Below, piece after piece: positions 28,737 to 40,062 of a DNA stretch of 53,519 nt. Source of the DNA: Parvularculaceae bacterium (GTDB lineage: Bacteria; Pseudomonadota; Alphaproteobacteria; Caulobacterales; Parvularculaceae); assembly GCA_041747095.1 (NCBI GenBank), contig JBGTFV010000107.1:1-53519 (forward strand). Direction: 5' to 3'. The translations under genes and the position numbers were made by a program. A model generated the notes under the pieces. That model saw only the letters and a program-made list of their open reading frames with translations, was not told the DNA's origin and did not search any database. Numbering within the stretch: position 1 is the first letter of the stretch; each line of letters starts with the position of its first letter.

Positions 28737-29048
28737 ATGGGCGATATCGGTTTGGGACATTACCTGTCAGTTGCGGCCGTTCTCTTTTCCATCGGCATGG
28801 CAGGGATCTTCGTCAATCGAAAGAACGTGATCGTCATCCTGATGTCGGTCGAGTTGATGCTGCTCGCCGTGAACATCAATCTCGTCGCCTTCTCTCAGTT
28901 TCTGGGCGACCTGACGGGGCAGATATTCGCATTTATGGTTCTGACGGTCGCCGCAGCCGAGGCGGCGGTGGGGCTCGCCATTCTCGTCGCCTACTTCCGC
29001 AATCGCGGCGATATCTCCGTCGAAGACGCCAACCTCATGAAGAATTAG
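28737..29048 (+). CDS. nuoK: NADH-quinone oxidoreductase subunit K
   Basis: LMSVELML...[11 protein letters not shown]. Confidence 0.97.
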   Translation: MGDIGLGHYLSVAAVLFSIGMAGIFVNRKNVIVILMSVELMLLAVNINLVAFSQFLGDLTGQIFAFMVLTVAAAEAAVGLAILVAYFRNRGDISVEDANLMKN

Positions 29049-29063
29049 GGATAGTCGGACCCG

Positions 29064-31094
29064 ATGGAGCCCTTCGTCGTTCTTCTTCCGCTGTTCGGCG
29101 CCCTGCTCGCCATGCCGCTTGGCCGGATGTTCGGCCCGCGCGCCGCCGAGATTGTAACGACCGTGCTGGTGGGAGCAGCCGCGGTCCAGTCATGGGGATT
29201 GTTTTTCGACGTCGCGCTTCAAGGCAACGCGCGCACGCTCTCGTTGTTCACCTGGATTTCTTCCGGCGATTTCGTAGCGGACTGGGCGGTGCGCCTTGAT
29301 ACTCTGTCCGCAGTGATGCTGGTCGTCGTCAACACCGTATCGTTTCTCGTGCACGCCTATTCCATCGGTTACATGTATGAAGACGAGGGGCGCACGCGGT
29401 TCTTCGCTTATCTGTCGCTGTTCACCTTTGCGATGCTGGCGCTCGTTACGGCGGACAACTTTCTCCAGCTGTTTTTCGGCTGGGAAGGCGTTGGACTCGC
29501 GTCGTATCTTCTGATCGGTTTTTGGTTCAAGAAAAAATCGGCGAATGATGCGGCGATCAAGGCGTTTGTCGTCAACCGGGTCGGCGATTTCGGTTTTGCG
29601 CTTGGCATTTTCTGCATTTTTTACGTGTTCGGTTCGCTACGATTTGATGACGTTTTCTCGGCGATTGCCGCCAATGCGGTGGTCGCGCCCTATGGGGCCG
29701 CGACGGGCGCGGCGATCCGTGATTTGACGATCCCCGTTTTCGGCGGGGAGTTTCATGCGCTTACGGTCATCGGCGTTCTTTTGTTCATTGGGGCGATGGG
29801 AAAGTCTGCGCAGTTCCTGCTCCACACATGGTTGCCCGACGCGATGGAAGGCCCCACGCCGGTCTCGGCGCTTATTCATGCAGCTACAATGGTGACGGCG
29901 GGGGTGTTCCTCGTTTGCCGGTGCTCCGCCATTTTCGAATATGCGCCGACGGCGGCGGCGATGGTGACTTTTATCGGCGCCATAACTGCCATTTTTGCGG
30001 CGAGCGTTGCGATCCTTCAGGACGATATCAAGAAGATCGTCGCCTATTCGACCTGCTCGCAACTCGGTTACATGTTCTTCGCGGCCGGTGTCGGCGCCTA
30101 CGACGCCGCGATGTTCCACCTGTTCACGCACGCCTTCTTCAAAGCGCTGCTGTTCCTTGGCGCGGGGGCGGTCATCCACGGCATGCACCATGAACAAGAT
30201 ATCAAAAAGATGGGCGGCGTGCGCGAACTGATGCCGTTCACCCACCTGTTGATGGTAATCGGCACGATCGCGATAACCGGCGTTGGGCTGCCGGGTGCGA
30301 CGATTTTCGGCGCGCCGCTCGGCACGGCTGGCTTTGTCTCCAAGGATGTCATCATCGAGGCCGCTTATGCGGCCGGCGAGGCCGGAAAATCTGGAGCGTG
30401 GTTTGCCTTTGTCATCGGCCTCCTCGCAGCAGCGCTCACGTCATTTTATTCGTGGCGACTTATCTTCGTTGCCTTTTGGGGTAAGTCGCGCGCGCCCGAA
30501 CACGTGCGCAAGCATCCTCATGCGGTGCCTGACGTGATGATTTGGCCGCTTGCGCCGCTCGCCATTGGCGCGCTCGTTGCGGGGATTGCGTTCTACGGCG
30601 ATTTCGTCGGCAAGGATTCTGGCGCCTTCTGGAACGGGGCGCTTTACAGCGCCGCGGATCATTCAGGCGAAGCGGGAGATGACGGTCACGGCGGACACCA
30701 TGCGCCGCTATGGGTGCTCTGGGCGCCGCTCGTCGTCATGCTGGTGGGATTTACGGCGGCGGCGCGGCAATATCTCGGGGCCGATCCGCTGCGGCCGGGC
30801 ATTCTAAGGCCTGGCGGCATGATCTACGCTTTTCTCAAGCGCAAATGGTATTTCGACGAACTCTATGACTTTGCGATTGTCCGGCCGGCGCTCGCCTTCG
30901 GGCGATTCCTCTGGAAGGAAGGCGACGGGCGCACGATCGACGGCGTCGGCCCGGATGGCATAGCGATCGCCGTTGCCGCAGGCGCCAGACGGCTCGTCCG
31001 ACTTCAGACGGGGTATATCTATCACTACGCTTTCGCGATCCTGATCGGGATCGCGCTTCTCATCACCTTCATCCTGACCCGGGCCGGTTCCTGA
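29064..31094 (+). CDS. nuoL: NADH-quinone oxidoreductase subunit L
   Basis: [33 protein letters not shown]. Confidence 0.97.
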   Translation: MEPFVVLLPLFGALLAMPLGRMFGPRAAEIVTTVLVGAAAVQSWGLFFDVALQGNARTLSLFTWISSGDFVADWAVRLDTLSAVMLVVVNTVSFLVHAYSIGYMYEDEGRTRFFAYLSLFTFAMLALVTADNFLQLFFGWEGVGLASYLLIGFWFKKKSANDAAIKAFVVNRVGDFGFALGIFCIFYVFGSLRFDDVFSAIAANAVVAPYGAATGAAIRDLTIPVFGGEFHALTVIGVLLFIGAMGKSAQFLLHTWLPDAMEGPTPVSALIHAATMVTAGVFLVCRCSAIFEYAPTAAAMVTFIGAITAIFAASVAILQDDIKKIVAYSTCSQLGYMFFAAGVGAYDAAMFHLFTHAFFKALLFLGAGAVIHGMHHEQDIKKMGGVRELMPFTHLLMVIGTIAITGVGLPGATIFGAPLGTAGFVSKDVIIEAAYAAGEAGKSGAWFAFVIGLLAAALTSFYSWRLIFVAFWGKSRAPEHVRKHPHAVPDVMIWPLAPLAIGALVAGIAFYGDFVGKDSGAFWNGALYSAADHSGEAGDDGHGGHHAPLWVLWAPLVVMLVGFTAAARQYLGADPLRPGILRPGGMIYAFLKRKWYFDELYDFAIVRPALAFGRFLWKEGDGRTIDGVGPDGIAIAVAAGARRLVRLQTGYIYHYAFAILIGIALLITFILTRAGS

Positions 31095-31095
31095 C

Positions 31096-32679
31096 ATGAC
31101 CGAAACCGCCGCTACCCAGCCCTGGCTGTCGTTGATCGTCTTCCTACCCCTGCTGGGCGCATTCGGGATTGCCTTGCGGCGCGCGATGGCGCGACGCGAC
31201 GCGAATGGGGTCATAGACAAAAAAGAAGAGGCGAACGTCAACGCCGTCGCGCGACAGCTGGCGCTGCTGTTTACGACCGGCGTGCTCCTTGTTTCAATTT
31301 TCGTGTTTTTCGCCCATTTCGATCCATCGAATGGCGGCTACCAACTCGTCGAGCGTGCGCCGTGGCTCGGCGGCGGCATTGAGTACAAGCTGGGCGTCGA
31401 CGGCATTTCCATACTCTTCGTTTTGTTGACTGCGTTCATAACGCCGATCTGCGTTCTGGCGTCTTGGCAAGCGATCGAAGACCGTGTCGCCGATTTCATG
31501 ATCGCGTTTCTCCTGCTGGAAACGCTCGTGCTCGGCGTCTTCTGCGCGCTTGATCTCGTTGTGTTTTATATATTCTTTGAGGCAAGCCTCATCCCGATGT
31601 TCATCATCATCGGCGTTTGGGGCTCGAAGGGGCAGCGGACGCTGGCGGGCGTGTCCATGCCGAGCCGGGTATACGCGGCGGTCAAATTCTTCCTGTTCAC
31701 GCTGCTCGGGTCGCTGCTGATGCTGGTGGCGCTTTTGTGGATGTACGCCACGACCGGCACAAGCGACGTCGTAGCCCTCCAGAAGTATGAGTTCGCGCCG
31801 CAGGCGCAGACGTGGCTGTGGCTCGCTTTCTTCGCCTCTTTCGCGGTGAAGCTGCCGATGTGGCCCGTGCATACCTGGTTGCCCGATGCGCACGTGCAGG
31901 CGCCGACCGCCGGGTCTGTGTTTCTGGCGGCGATTCTTCTGAAGATGGGCGGCTACGGTTTCCTCCGATTTTCTTTGCCGATGTTCCCAGAGGCAAGCGC
32001 GGACTTCGCGCCGATGATGTTTGCGCTGTCGATCATGGCCATTATCTACACCTCACTCGTCGCCCTGGCGCAGGAGGACATCAAAAAGCTGATCGCCTAT
32101 TCGTCCGTGGCGCATATGGGCTTCGTGACGATGGGTATTTTTACGGGCACCAAACAGGGCATAGAAGGCGCGCTGTTTCAGATGCTCTCGCACGGCTTTA
32201 TCTCCGGCGCGCTGTTCGTTTGCGTTGGGGTTCTCTATGACCGCGCGCATACGCGCGAGATCGCCGCTTTCGGCGGGTTGGTCCACCGCATGCCCGCTTA
32301 TGCTTTCCTGTTTCTATTTTTCACCATGGGTAATGTCGGCTTGCCCGGCGTCTCCGGATTCGTCGGCGAGTTCTTGACGATGGCCGGCGCCTTCAAGGTG
32401 AATAGCTGGATTGCGTTTTTCGCGGCCTTTGGTGTGATCCTGTCGGCCGCCTATGGCCTGCGGCTCTTTCGTCAAGTGATGTATGGCGCGCAGCTTAATC
32501 CTGGCCTTGCTGCGCTTGAAGACGTCACCGCGCGTGAGGCGGCGATATTGGTCGCTTTACTTGCTTGCGCCCTTCTTCTTGGCGTCTATCCGCGACCGGC
32601 GCTTGATGTGTTCGCGCCCGCGGTCGATATTCTGTTGACGCACATTTCGGTCGCGCCCGCTTTCTCAGGAGCGCCGTGA
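31096..32679 (+). CDS. nuoM: NADH-quinone oxidoreductase subunit M
   Basis: [23 protein letters not shown]. Confidence 0.97.
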   Translation: MTETAATQPWLSLIVFLPLLGAFGIALRRAMARRDANGVIDKKEEANVNAVARQLALLFTTGVLLVSIFVFFAHFDPSNGGYQLVERAPWLGGGIEYKLGVDGISILFVLLTAFITPICVLASWQAIEDRVADFMIAFLLLETLVLGVFCALDLVVFYIFFEASLIPMFIIIGVWGSKGQRTLAGVSMPSRVYAAVKFFLFTLLGSLLMLVALLWMYATTGTSDVVALQKYEFAPQAQTWLWLAFFASFAVKLPMWPVHTWLPDAHVQAPTAGSVFLAAILLKMGGYGFLRFSLPMFPEASADFAPMMFALSIMAIIYTSLVALAQEDIKKLIAYSSVAHMGFVTMGIFTGTKQGIEGALFQMLSHGFISGALFVCVGVLYDRAHTREIAAFGGLVHRMPAYAFLFLFFTMGNVGLPGVSGFVGEFLTMAGAFKVNSWIAFFAAFGVILSAAYGLRLFRQVMYGAQLNPGLAALEDVTAREAAILVALLACALLLGVYPRPALDVFAPAVDILLTHISVAPAFSGAP

Positions 32680-34121
32680 TGGATATTGGACAGACGCTCG
32701 CGCTCGCTGCGCCTGAACTGATCCTTGCCATCGGCGCGATGGCGCTGCTCATTGGCGGGGTTTTCGGCGGCGATCAGTCACGCCCTCTCGTCGGGGCGAG
32801 CGCGATTGCGTTGCTGCTCGCGGCCCTTGCTGTCGCTATCGCCAATCTGGGTCAGGGGCCGCAACTGCTTTTCGACGGCGCTTTCCGCAGCGACGCCTTC
32901 GCGAATTTTTCCAAGGCGCTGATCTTTGCAGCTGCGGCAATCGCCATCTTCATCACCACGTCGGCTTCGGGCGGCGAAGATTTGCAGCGGTTCGAATATC
33001 CGATCCTCATTGTGCTGGCGGCGCTTGGGATGTCGATGATGGTTTCAGCGAACGATCTCATTGCCCTTTATATGGGCGTCGAGACGCAGAGCCTTGCGCT
33101 GTACGTGCTTGCGGCCTTCAACCGCGACAGTCGCCGCTCAACGGAAGCGGGGTTGAAATATTTCGTCCTCGGAGCGCTTTCATCCTGCTTGCTGCTTTAT
33201 GGGGCGTCGCTCGTCTACGGCTTTACCGGCGCGACGGGCTATGAAGCGATTGCCGCTGCGGGGTTGCGGAATCCCGACAATCAGGGGCTTGCAATCGGCC
33301 TTGTGTTCCTGATCGCCGGACTGGCTTTCAAGGCGTCTGCTGCGCCGTTCCATATGTGGACCCCAGATGTGTACGAAGGCGCGCCGACGCCGGTCACCGC
33401 CTTCTTCGCCGCTGCGCCGAAATTTGCGGCCATCGCCGTATTCATCCGCATCATGATCGAGGCTTTCCCCGCGGCGGCGGACGACTGGCGACTGATTGTC
33501 GGACTGTTGGCTTCCGCCTCGATGGCGGTCGGCGCATTCTCGGCGATCGTGCAGTCGAACATCAAGCGACTGATGGCGTATTCCTCTATTGGTCATATGG
33601 GCTTTGCGCTGATCGGGCTTGCGGCGGCGGGAACCGAAGGCGTGCGCGCGACGCTTGTCTACATGACGATTTACCTCGTCATGACGGTCGGCGCGTTTGC
33701 CTGCATCCTGTTGATGCGGCGCCGGGGCGGTTTGACGGAATTACTGAGCGATCTTGCCGGCCTGTCGCGCAGCAATATTGGCTTATGCATCATCCTGACG
33801 GTTTTGTTGTTCTCACTGGCGGGCGTGCCGCCGACAGCCGGTTTTCTCGCGAAATTTTTCGTTTTCCGGGCTGCCGTCGACGCCGGCATGGTGTGGCTCG
33901 CGGTTATCGGCGCGCTCATGAGCGTCGTGTCAGCCTATTACTATCTCCGCGTCGTGTGGATCATGTGGTTCAACGAGCCGACCCCGGTCTTCGAGCGCGA
34001 GATCGGCGCGCGCATCGGCGTCATTGCTGCGGGCTCAGCGCTCCTGATGCTCCCGGGCCTGCTCATCTTCATCGGGCCATTATCCGAGGCTGCCGGCCGC
34101 GCGGCGGCCGTGCTGTTCTGA
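32676..34121 (+). CDS. nuoN: NADH-quinone oxidoreductase subunit N
   Basis: [21 protein letters not shown]. Confidence 0.97.
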   Translation: MMDIGQTLALAAPELILAIGAMALLIGGVFGGDQSRPLVGASAIALLLAALAVAIANLGQGPQLLFDGAFRSDAFANFSKALIFAAAAIAIFITTSASGGEDLQRFEYPILIVLAALGMSMMVSANDLIALYMGVETQSLALYVLAAFNRDSRRSTEAGLKYFVLGALSSCLLLYGASLVYGFTGATGYEAIAAAGLRNPDNQGLAIGLVFLIAGLAFKASAAPFHMWTPDVYEGAPTPVTAFFAAAPKFAAIAVFIRIMIEAFPAAADDWRLIVGLLASASMAVGAFSAIVQSNIKRLMAYSSIGHMGFALIGLAAAGTEGVRATLVYMTIYLVMTVGAFACILLMRRRGGLTELLSDLAGLSRSNIGLCIILTVLLFSLAGVPPTAGFLAKFFVFRAAVDAGMVWLAVIGALMSVVSAYYYLRVVWIMWFNEPTPVFEREIGARIGVIAAGSALLMLPGLLIFIGPLSEAAGRAAAVLF

Positions 34122-34124
34122 CTT

Positions 34125-34874
34125 ATGCATAAGCGCCTCGCCTCTGGCGCCCGGCTCGAGATCTACGACCAGATCGATTCCACCAATCGCGAAGCTCGGC
34201 GGCGCGCTGAGGCCGGCGAGAGGGACCCTTTATGGATCATCGCAAACCGCCAGACAGATGGGTACGGGCGGCGCGGCGCAAGCTGGATCCAATCGGAAGG
34301 CGACCTCGCGGCAACGATCCTGTTTGCGCCGACCGGTGACCCGGAAAAACTCCCGCAGATCTCGCTGGTCGCAGCCGTCGCTTTGACCGATGCGCTCGTC
34401 GCGTTTGCGCCGACCGCGCCGATCGCCCTCAAATGGCCGAACGACGTTCTGCTTGGGGGTGGCAAGATTGCGGGCTTGTTGCTCGAACTCGTAACGCCTC
34501 CACAAGGCGGCGTAGCAATCTGCCTTGGTTTCGGCGTCAATATCGTCTCCCATCCTGAAGGGATGGACTACCCGACCGCGCGCCTGGGCGACGTTATGGA
34601 AAATCCCCCTGCGCCGGTTGAATTTGTTGGCCGGCTCGATGAAACCTTCGCCGCGCGCCTTGCTCAGTGGACGACGTCTGGCTTTGCGCCCGTGCGTACC
34701 GATTGGCTCTCTCGCGCAAATGGCCTCGGCGCAGAAATCACGGTGCGCGCGCCGCATGGACCGATCGCCGGTGTTTTTCGGGGCATAGACGCGGAAGGAG
34801 CGCTGCTTCTCGAGACCGCTGAAGGCGTCATTAACGTCCGCGCCGGCGCCATCGCCCCGCCTGCGGCGCTGTGA
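34125..34874 (+). CDS. birA: Biotin-[acetyl-CoA-carboxylase] ligase (no HTH)
   Basis: DSTN, QTDGYGRRG, LKWPND, KIAGLL; conserved position after nuoN. Confidence 0.93.
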   Translation: MHKRLASGARLEIYDQIDSTNREARRRAEAGERDPLWIIANRQTDGYGRRGASWIQSEGDLAATILFAPTGDPEKLPQISLVAAVALTDALVAFAPTAPIALKWPNDVLLGGGKIAGLLLELVTPPQGGVAICLGFGVNIVSHPEGMDYPTARLGDVMENPPAPVEFVGRLDETFAARLAQWTTSGFAPVRTDWLSRANGLGAEITVRAPHGPIAGVFRGIDAEGALLLETAEGVINVRAGAIAPPAAL

Positions 34875-34883
34875 ACGCCCTTC

Positions 34884-34944
34884 GGCACGGCGTTTTCGCC
34901 CGCGGATAAGGCGTTTTCGCCCGACTTGTGCTAGGCACGGCGTT
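34884..34944. repeat. Short direct repeats upstream of coaX
   Basis: GGCGTTTTCGCCCG at 34889 and 34910; GGCACGGCGTT at 34884 and 34934. Confidence 0.7.
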
Positions 34945-34989
34945 CTGGCTGCTCTGCCGGTCTGACCACTCTCTCACAGGCGATACTCC

Positions 34990-35772
34990 ATGCTGCTAGC
35001 TATCGACGTCGGCAACACAAACTCGGTCTTTGCGCTCTTCGACGGCGCGGCGTGCGTTGCGCAATGGCGCTCGGCGACCTCGACCGTTCGCACAGCGGAT
35101 GAATACGCCGTCTGGCTGTCGCAACTGATGGCGATGGCTGACCGCCGGTTCAGCGACGTGACCGACTGCGTTATTTCGACGGTCGTGCCGCAATCGTTGT
35201 TCAATCTGCGCAACCTGTCGCGGCGATACCTCAACTGCGAGCCATTTGTGGTGACGGCGCAGACCATTCCGGGCGTCGAAGTGCGCATCGCCAAGCCGTC
35301 GGAGGCAGGCGCCGACCGGCTTGTCAATGCGCTCGGGGCGTTCACGGCCCATGGCGGGCCGTTGATAGTTGTGGATTCCGGCACTGCAACGACCTTCGAC
35401 ATCATCGGCGCCGACGGCGCGTTTGAGGGGGGCGTGATTGCGCCCGGAATAAATCTGTCGATGCAGGCCCTGCACGAGGCGGCGGCGCAATTGCCCCGCA
35501 TCGCCATTGAGCGACCCGAGAACGTGATCGGCGGCGATACGGTCGGCGCCATGAAATCAGGCGTCTTCTGGGGGTATATCGGCCTCATCGACGGGCTCGT
35601 CGCGCGCATCAAGTCGGAATACGGACAGCCCATGAAAGTAATCGCCACCGGAGGCGTTGCCTCGCTGTTTGAAGGCGCGGCGACGTCGATCGACATATTT
35701 GACAGTGAGCTGACGATCCGGGGACTGTACGAAATCCACGTGCGGTTGCAAGCGCGTGGAAAGGATTCCTAA
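34990..35772 (+). CDS. coaX: Type III pantothenate kinase
   Basis: [22 protein letters not shown]. Confidence 0.96.
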   Translation: MLLAIDVGNTNSVFALFDGAACVAQWRSATSTVRTADEYAVWLSQLMAMADRRFSDVTDCVISTVVPQSLFNLRNLSRRYLNCEPFVVTAQTIPGVEVRIAKPSEAGADRLVNALGAFTAHGGPLIVVDSGTATTFDIIGADGAFEGGVIAPGINLSMQALHEAAAQLPRIAIERPENVIGGDTVGAMKSGVFWGYIGLIDGLVARIKSEYGQPMKVIATGGVASLFEGAATSIDIFDSELTIRGLYEIHVRLQARGKDS

Positions 35773-37439
35773 TGGCGGCAGACGAACTTGTTTTCCTGCC
35801 TCTCGGCGGTTCTGGCGAGATCGGCATGAACATGAATCTTTATGGTTTCGGCCCTCCGCGCGCGCGCAAATGGCTGATGATCGATTGCGGGGTGATGTTT
35901 GGCGATCTGTCGACGCCGGGCGTGGACGTGATATGCGCCGATCCGGGATACATTCTTGACCGCCGCAAAGATTTGCTCGGCCTTCTCCTGACCCACGGTC
36001 ATGAAGACCACATCGGCGCAGTTGCCCTGCTCGGGCCACGCCTCGACTGCCCGGTTTATGCAACGCCGTTCACTGCAGCGCTTGTCCGTCGCAAGCTGGA
36101 AGAGAGCGGCGCGAAGATTGACTTGCGCGTCATAGACATGAGCGCGCGCTTCTCGCTTGGGCCGTTCGATCTCGAATATGTGACCCTGACTCATTCCATT
36201 CCTGAACCGAGCGGCGTCGTTTTGCGCACGCCGCTCGGTACGGTGTTGCACACGGGCGACTGGAAAATCGACGCGGAACCGACGCTCGGTCCGGTGACCG
36301 ACGCCGGGGCGCTGTCGGCGCTCGGCGATCAAGGCCTGCTCGCGATGGTCTGCGATTCAACGAACGTACTGTCCGCTGGCCAGTCAGGATCCGAGATGCG
36401 CGTCAAGGAGAGCTTGACTGAGCTCATCGCCCGTCAGACGGGCAGGGTGGCGGTCGCCACCTTCGCCTCGAATGTCAGCCGGGTCGTATCCATCTGCGAG
36501 GCCGCAGCGGCGGCCGATCGCAGCGTTTGCCTTCTCGGCCGATCAATGGTGCGCATCGTCGAAGCGGCGCGCGAGGTTGGCATCCTGCCGAAACACCTCC
36601 GGTTTGTTGAACCGCGCGACGCCGGGTATCTGCCGAAAGAACATGTGCTTTATCTGTGCACCGGCAGCCAGGGGGAGCCGCGTGCGGCCCTGTCGCGCAT
36701 CGCCCGCGATGACCACCCCGATCTGACCCTTTCGGAAGACGACACAGTCATTTTCTCGTCGAAAATTATACCGGGCAACGAGCGCGATATCTTCAGCCTT
36801 CAGAACGACCTTGTCGACATGGGCGTGCATGTGATCACCGAAAAGGATGAGTTCGTTCACGTCTCAGGACATCCCAATCGCGACGAACTGCGCCAGATGT
36901 ACGCGTGGGCGCGGCCGAAGTATGCGATTCCCGTGCATGGCGAGGCGCGCCACCTTGAAGCGCACGCCGAATTTGCGGAGGAGCTGGGCGTTCGGCTCGC
37001 CATTCCTCCGCGCAATGGGGACCTCATCCGGTTGGCGCCGGGCGAGCCGCAAATTATCGACGAGGTGCCGGCCGGCCGATGGATGCTCGATGGCCGCGCC
37101 CTCGTGCCGGAAGGGGCCGGGCCGATGCGCGAGCGGAGAAAGCTCGCCTTCGGGGGCATTGTCGTCGCCTCCATCGCCGTCGACCAGACCGGTCGCCTCG
37201 CGGCGCCTGTCCAGCTGGCGATCGCTGGTGCGCCGCGAAAGTCAGAAACAGGCGAAGACTTGGCGGCGCTCTCGTCGACTGCCGCCGAATCCGCGCTCGC
37301 GTCGCTCGCAAAGGCTAAACGCACGGACGCAAGCGCAATCGAGATTGCGGTCAGTCGGGCGGTGCGAAACGTGATGAGCGAGAATTGGGGCAAGCGACCC
37401 GGGGTGCAGGTGCTCGTCCACCTCGTGACGTCAAAATGA
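35772..37439 (+). CDS. rnj: Ribonuclease J
   Basis: PLGGSGEIGMN, THGHEDHIG, TGSQGEP, HVSGH. Confidence 0.96.
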   Translation: MAADELVFLPLGGSGEIGMNMNLYGFGPPRARKWLMIDCGVMFGDLSTPGVDVICADPGYILDRRKDLLGLLLTHGHEDHIGAVALLGPRLDCPVYATPFTAALVRRKLEESGAKIDLRVIDMSARFSLGPFDLEYVTLTHSIPEPSGVVLRTPLGTVLHTGDWKIDAEPTLGPVTDAGALSALGDQGLLAMVCDSTNVLSAGQSGSEMRVKESLTELIARQTGRVAVATFASNVSRVVSICEAAAAADRSVCLLGRSMVRIVEAAREVGILPKHLRFVEPRDAGYLPKEHVLYLCTGSQGEPRAALSRIARDDHPDLTLSEDDTVIFSSKIIPGNERDIFSLQNDLVDMGVHVITEKDEFVHVSGHPNRDELRQMYAWARPKYAIPVHGEARHLEAHAEFAEELGVRLAIPPRNGDLIRLAPGEPQIIDEVPAGRWMLDGRALVPEGAGPMRERRKLAFGGIVVASIAVDQTGRLAAPVQLAIAGAPRKSETGEDLAALSSTAAESALASLAKAKRTDASAIEIAVSRAVRNVMSENWGKRPGVQVLVHLVTSK

Positions 37440-37681
37440 ATGTTGGCGGCGCCATCGTCATTTTCGTCCTGACCTGGTGGTGCGTCTTCTTTGCCGTGCT
37501 GCCTTGGGGCGTACGCGGACGGTGGGAAAGCGCCGACGATGGCGTTGAGGGCGCTGACCCCGGCGCGCCAGAGGCGCCGAACCTGAAACGCAAAGCGCTG
37601 ACAGCAACAATGATAGCAACGCCGATCTGGGCCGTTATCGTTACACTGATCGTCAGCGGCGTGTTCAATTTTCAGAACTGA
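37436..37681 (+). CDS. DUF1467 family membrane protein
   Basis: WWCVFFAVLPWG...GADPGAP. ATGA overlap with rnj. Confidence 0.9.
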   Translation: MNVGGAIVIFVLTWWCVFFAVLPWGVRGRWESADDGVEGADPGAPEAPNLKRKALTATMIATPIWAVIVTLIVSGVFNFQN

Positions 37682-37710
37682 AAAGACCGTTGGAAGTGCA
37701 GAGTAATTTC

Positions 37711-38166
37711 ATGATCAGACCCTCAACTGCTGCCGATATCTCCGCTCTCCTGAGGATTGTTGAGGCGGGCGATCTTTTTCCATCGGATTTGTTAGCAGGC
37801 ATGATGGAACCCTATTTGGATGGCGGTGGGACTAGCGAACGTTGGCTCACCTACGATGATGGAACGCCCCATGGCGTCGCCTATTTCGTTCCCGAGAGAT
37901 TAACGGATCGAACGTGGAACCTTCTCTTGATAGCAGTACACCCCGACTGGCAGGGCAAAGGCGTTGGCGCCGCTCTTTTAAAGGCAGTCGAGTCGGCGTT
38001 GCTTGATCTCACCGGTCGCATGCTGATCATCGAGACATCTGGAGTTGCGGGTTTCGAAGCGCAGCGCCGCTTCTATCGAAAATGTGGTTATACGGAGGAG
38101 GCGCGCATCCGCGACTTTTATCAAGCCGGTGACGACAAGGTCGTGTTCCGTAAGGTCCTTGGCTAA
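37711..38166 (+). CDS. GNAT family N-acetyltransferase
   Basis: AVHPDWQGKGVG motif A; FYRKCGY. Confidence 0.9.
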   Translation: MIRPSTAADISALLRIVEAGDLFPSDLLAGMMEPYLDGGGTSERWLTYDDGTPHGVAYFVPERLTDRTWNLLLIAVHPDWQGKGVGAALLKAVESALLDLTGRMLIIETSGVAGFEAQRRFYRKCGYTEEARIRDFYQAGDDKVVFRKVLG

Positions 38167-38356
38167 CATCGGGATGGCGCCGCGAGGCATTCTATTGGCT
38201 CGACCACCGCAGCGAGGTCCAGCGAGCGGGAACATCGCATAATCTGAACAAAAATCGCTCAATTAGCGTTTCCAAATGAAAAACGGCGCACGTTTCGTCG
38301 GAAAATGAGTTACGGCATAGGCCTGCCTTACGCGACGCAACTCTTTAGGCGACGAG

Positions 38357-39880
38357 ATGTCGGAAATAACGGAACGCGAGCCCAGCGACACGCCCGAGGC
38401 ACACTCAAGTGAGCATGACGGCGCGCCGATGCGCGCCTCAAATGAGGAGAATGCGGACCGCGAATCGCCGGAGTCTTTTGACGCGCTGGATAGCTCAGCG
38501 CCTCTCGACGGCCAGACCCCTGCGGCAGCGGCTCTCGAAGCTGCATCCGAGGCCATCGCCAAGGGCGATCGCGCCGAGATACGGGCGCTTGTAGAGGCGC
38601 TTCACCCGGCTGACCTCGCCGACCTCATCGGCCTTCTGGCGTCAGAAGAGAGGCCGGCGCTGATTGACCTACTCGAGGGCCGCCTGCCTGCGGAGGCGCT
38701 CGCCGAACTCGACTGGAGCCTCACCGAAGAGATCATCAGCGCGATGCGTCCTGAGGCGGTCGCGGAGGCCGTATCTGAACTCGACACCGACGACGCTGCA
38801 TTCATTCTTGAAGACCTCGACGAGGACAAGCGCGCCGAGATTCTCGCTGAGGTTTCCGCCAGCGACCGGCTTGCCCTCAATCAGGCGTTCGACTTCGAGG
38901 AGGAGACCGCCGGTCGCTTGATGCAGCGGGAGTTCTTTGCTGCGCCAGGATATTGGACGGTCGGCCAAATCATCGAGCGACTGGCTCAGGCCGAGGATCT
39001 TCCGGATCGCTTTTATGAAGTCTTTGTCGTCGATCCCGCTTATCGACCGATTGGCGCGTCGACCCTGTCGAGCCTGTTGCGGGCGCCGCGCGAGGCGACG
39101 ATCGAATCTGTCATGTCCGACAAAGAGATACGCCGCATTCCGGTGGACATGGATCAGGAAGACGTGGCCTACCTCTTTGAGCAGTACAATCTGATCTCGA
39201 CCCCGGTAGTCGATAGCGGCGGGCGGCTCGTCGGCATGATCACGGTCGATGACATCGTCGAGATCGTTCATGAGGAAACCCACGAAGACATGCTGGCCCT
39301 TGGCGGCGTCGAGGCCGACCAGACGCTGACGGACAGCGTTACGGAGACCGTTCGATCACGGTTTTCGTGGCTGGCGGTCAATCTGGCGACGGCTATCCTC
39401 GCGTCGCTCGTTATCGCCATGTTTGGCGCGGCCATTGAGCAGATCGTCGCGCTCGCTGTGCTGATGCCGATCGTAGCCAGCATGGGCGGCAATGCAGGCA
39501 CTCAGACGCTGACGGTCGCTGTTCGGTCGCTGGCGACGAAGGATTTGACGGCTGTGAACGCTGTTCGCATCATTTGGCGCGAGGCGCTTGTTGGCGGAGT
39601 AAATGGCGTTTTGTTCGCGATCCTCATGGGCGCGCTCGCGACCGGATGGCATTACCTTTCTTATGGCGACACGTCCCGCAGCGTGTCGATTGGTCTTGTG
39701 GTCGGCGTCGCCATGACCCTGAATCTGATCGCCGCCGGGCTTGCGGGCATCCTGATACCGTTGGCGCTAGACCGCATCGGCCAGGACCCCGCGGTATCGT
39801 CGGCGGTGTTCGTGACGACAGTCACCGACGTGCTCGGGTTTTTTGTGTTTCTGGGCCTTGCCTCCATCGTGCTTCTCTGA
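38357..39880 (+). CDS. mgtE: Magnesium transporter MgtE
   Basis: HPADLAD N-domain, CBS pair, MGGNAGTQ, DPA...TTVTD. Confidence 0.96.
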   Translation: MSEITEREPSDTPEAHSSEHDGAPMRASNEENADRESPESFDALDSSAPLDGQTPAAAALEAASEAIAKGDRAEIRALVEALHPADLADLIGLLASEERPALIDLLEGRLPAEALAELDWSLTEEIISAMRPEAVAEAVSELDTDDAAFILEDLDEDKRAEILAEVSASDRLALNQAFDFEEETAGRLMQREFFAAPGYWTVGQIIERLAQAEDLPDRFYEVFVVDPAYRPIGASTLSSLLRAPREATIESVMSDKEIRRIPVDMDQEDVAYLFEQYNLISTPVVDSGGRLVGMITVDDIVEIVHEETHEDMLALGGVEADQTLTDSVTETVRSRFSWLAVNLATAILASLVIAMFGAAIEQIVALAVLMPIVASMGGNAGTQTLTVAVRSLATKDLTAVNAVRIIWREALVGGVNGVLFAILMGALATGWHYLSYGDTSRSVSIGLVVGVAMTLNLIAAGLAGILIPLALDRIGQDPAVSSAVFVTTVTDVLGFFVFLGLASIVLL

Positions 39881-40062
39881 CCTGGCCATCCTTTGTCGGC
39901 GGCGCATTCGCCTGGTAAGGGAATTGGGGCTGGGGCCCGGCATGCCTACCCAATCGCGAGCGAGCGTGTTAATTAATCATCCTTGGGGCATCCAGACCGC
40001 ACCAATCGGTCCGGCGAAATCAGGCGTCCAGGCGGCGGTAGCGAGGGGAATGGCGGGTCACC

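Noticed and set aside
39881-40062. Sigma54 promoter expected for spmX
   Set aside because: No convincing TGGCAC-N5-TTGC match found by eye.
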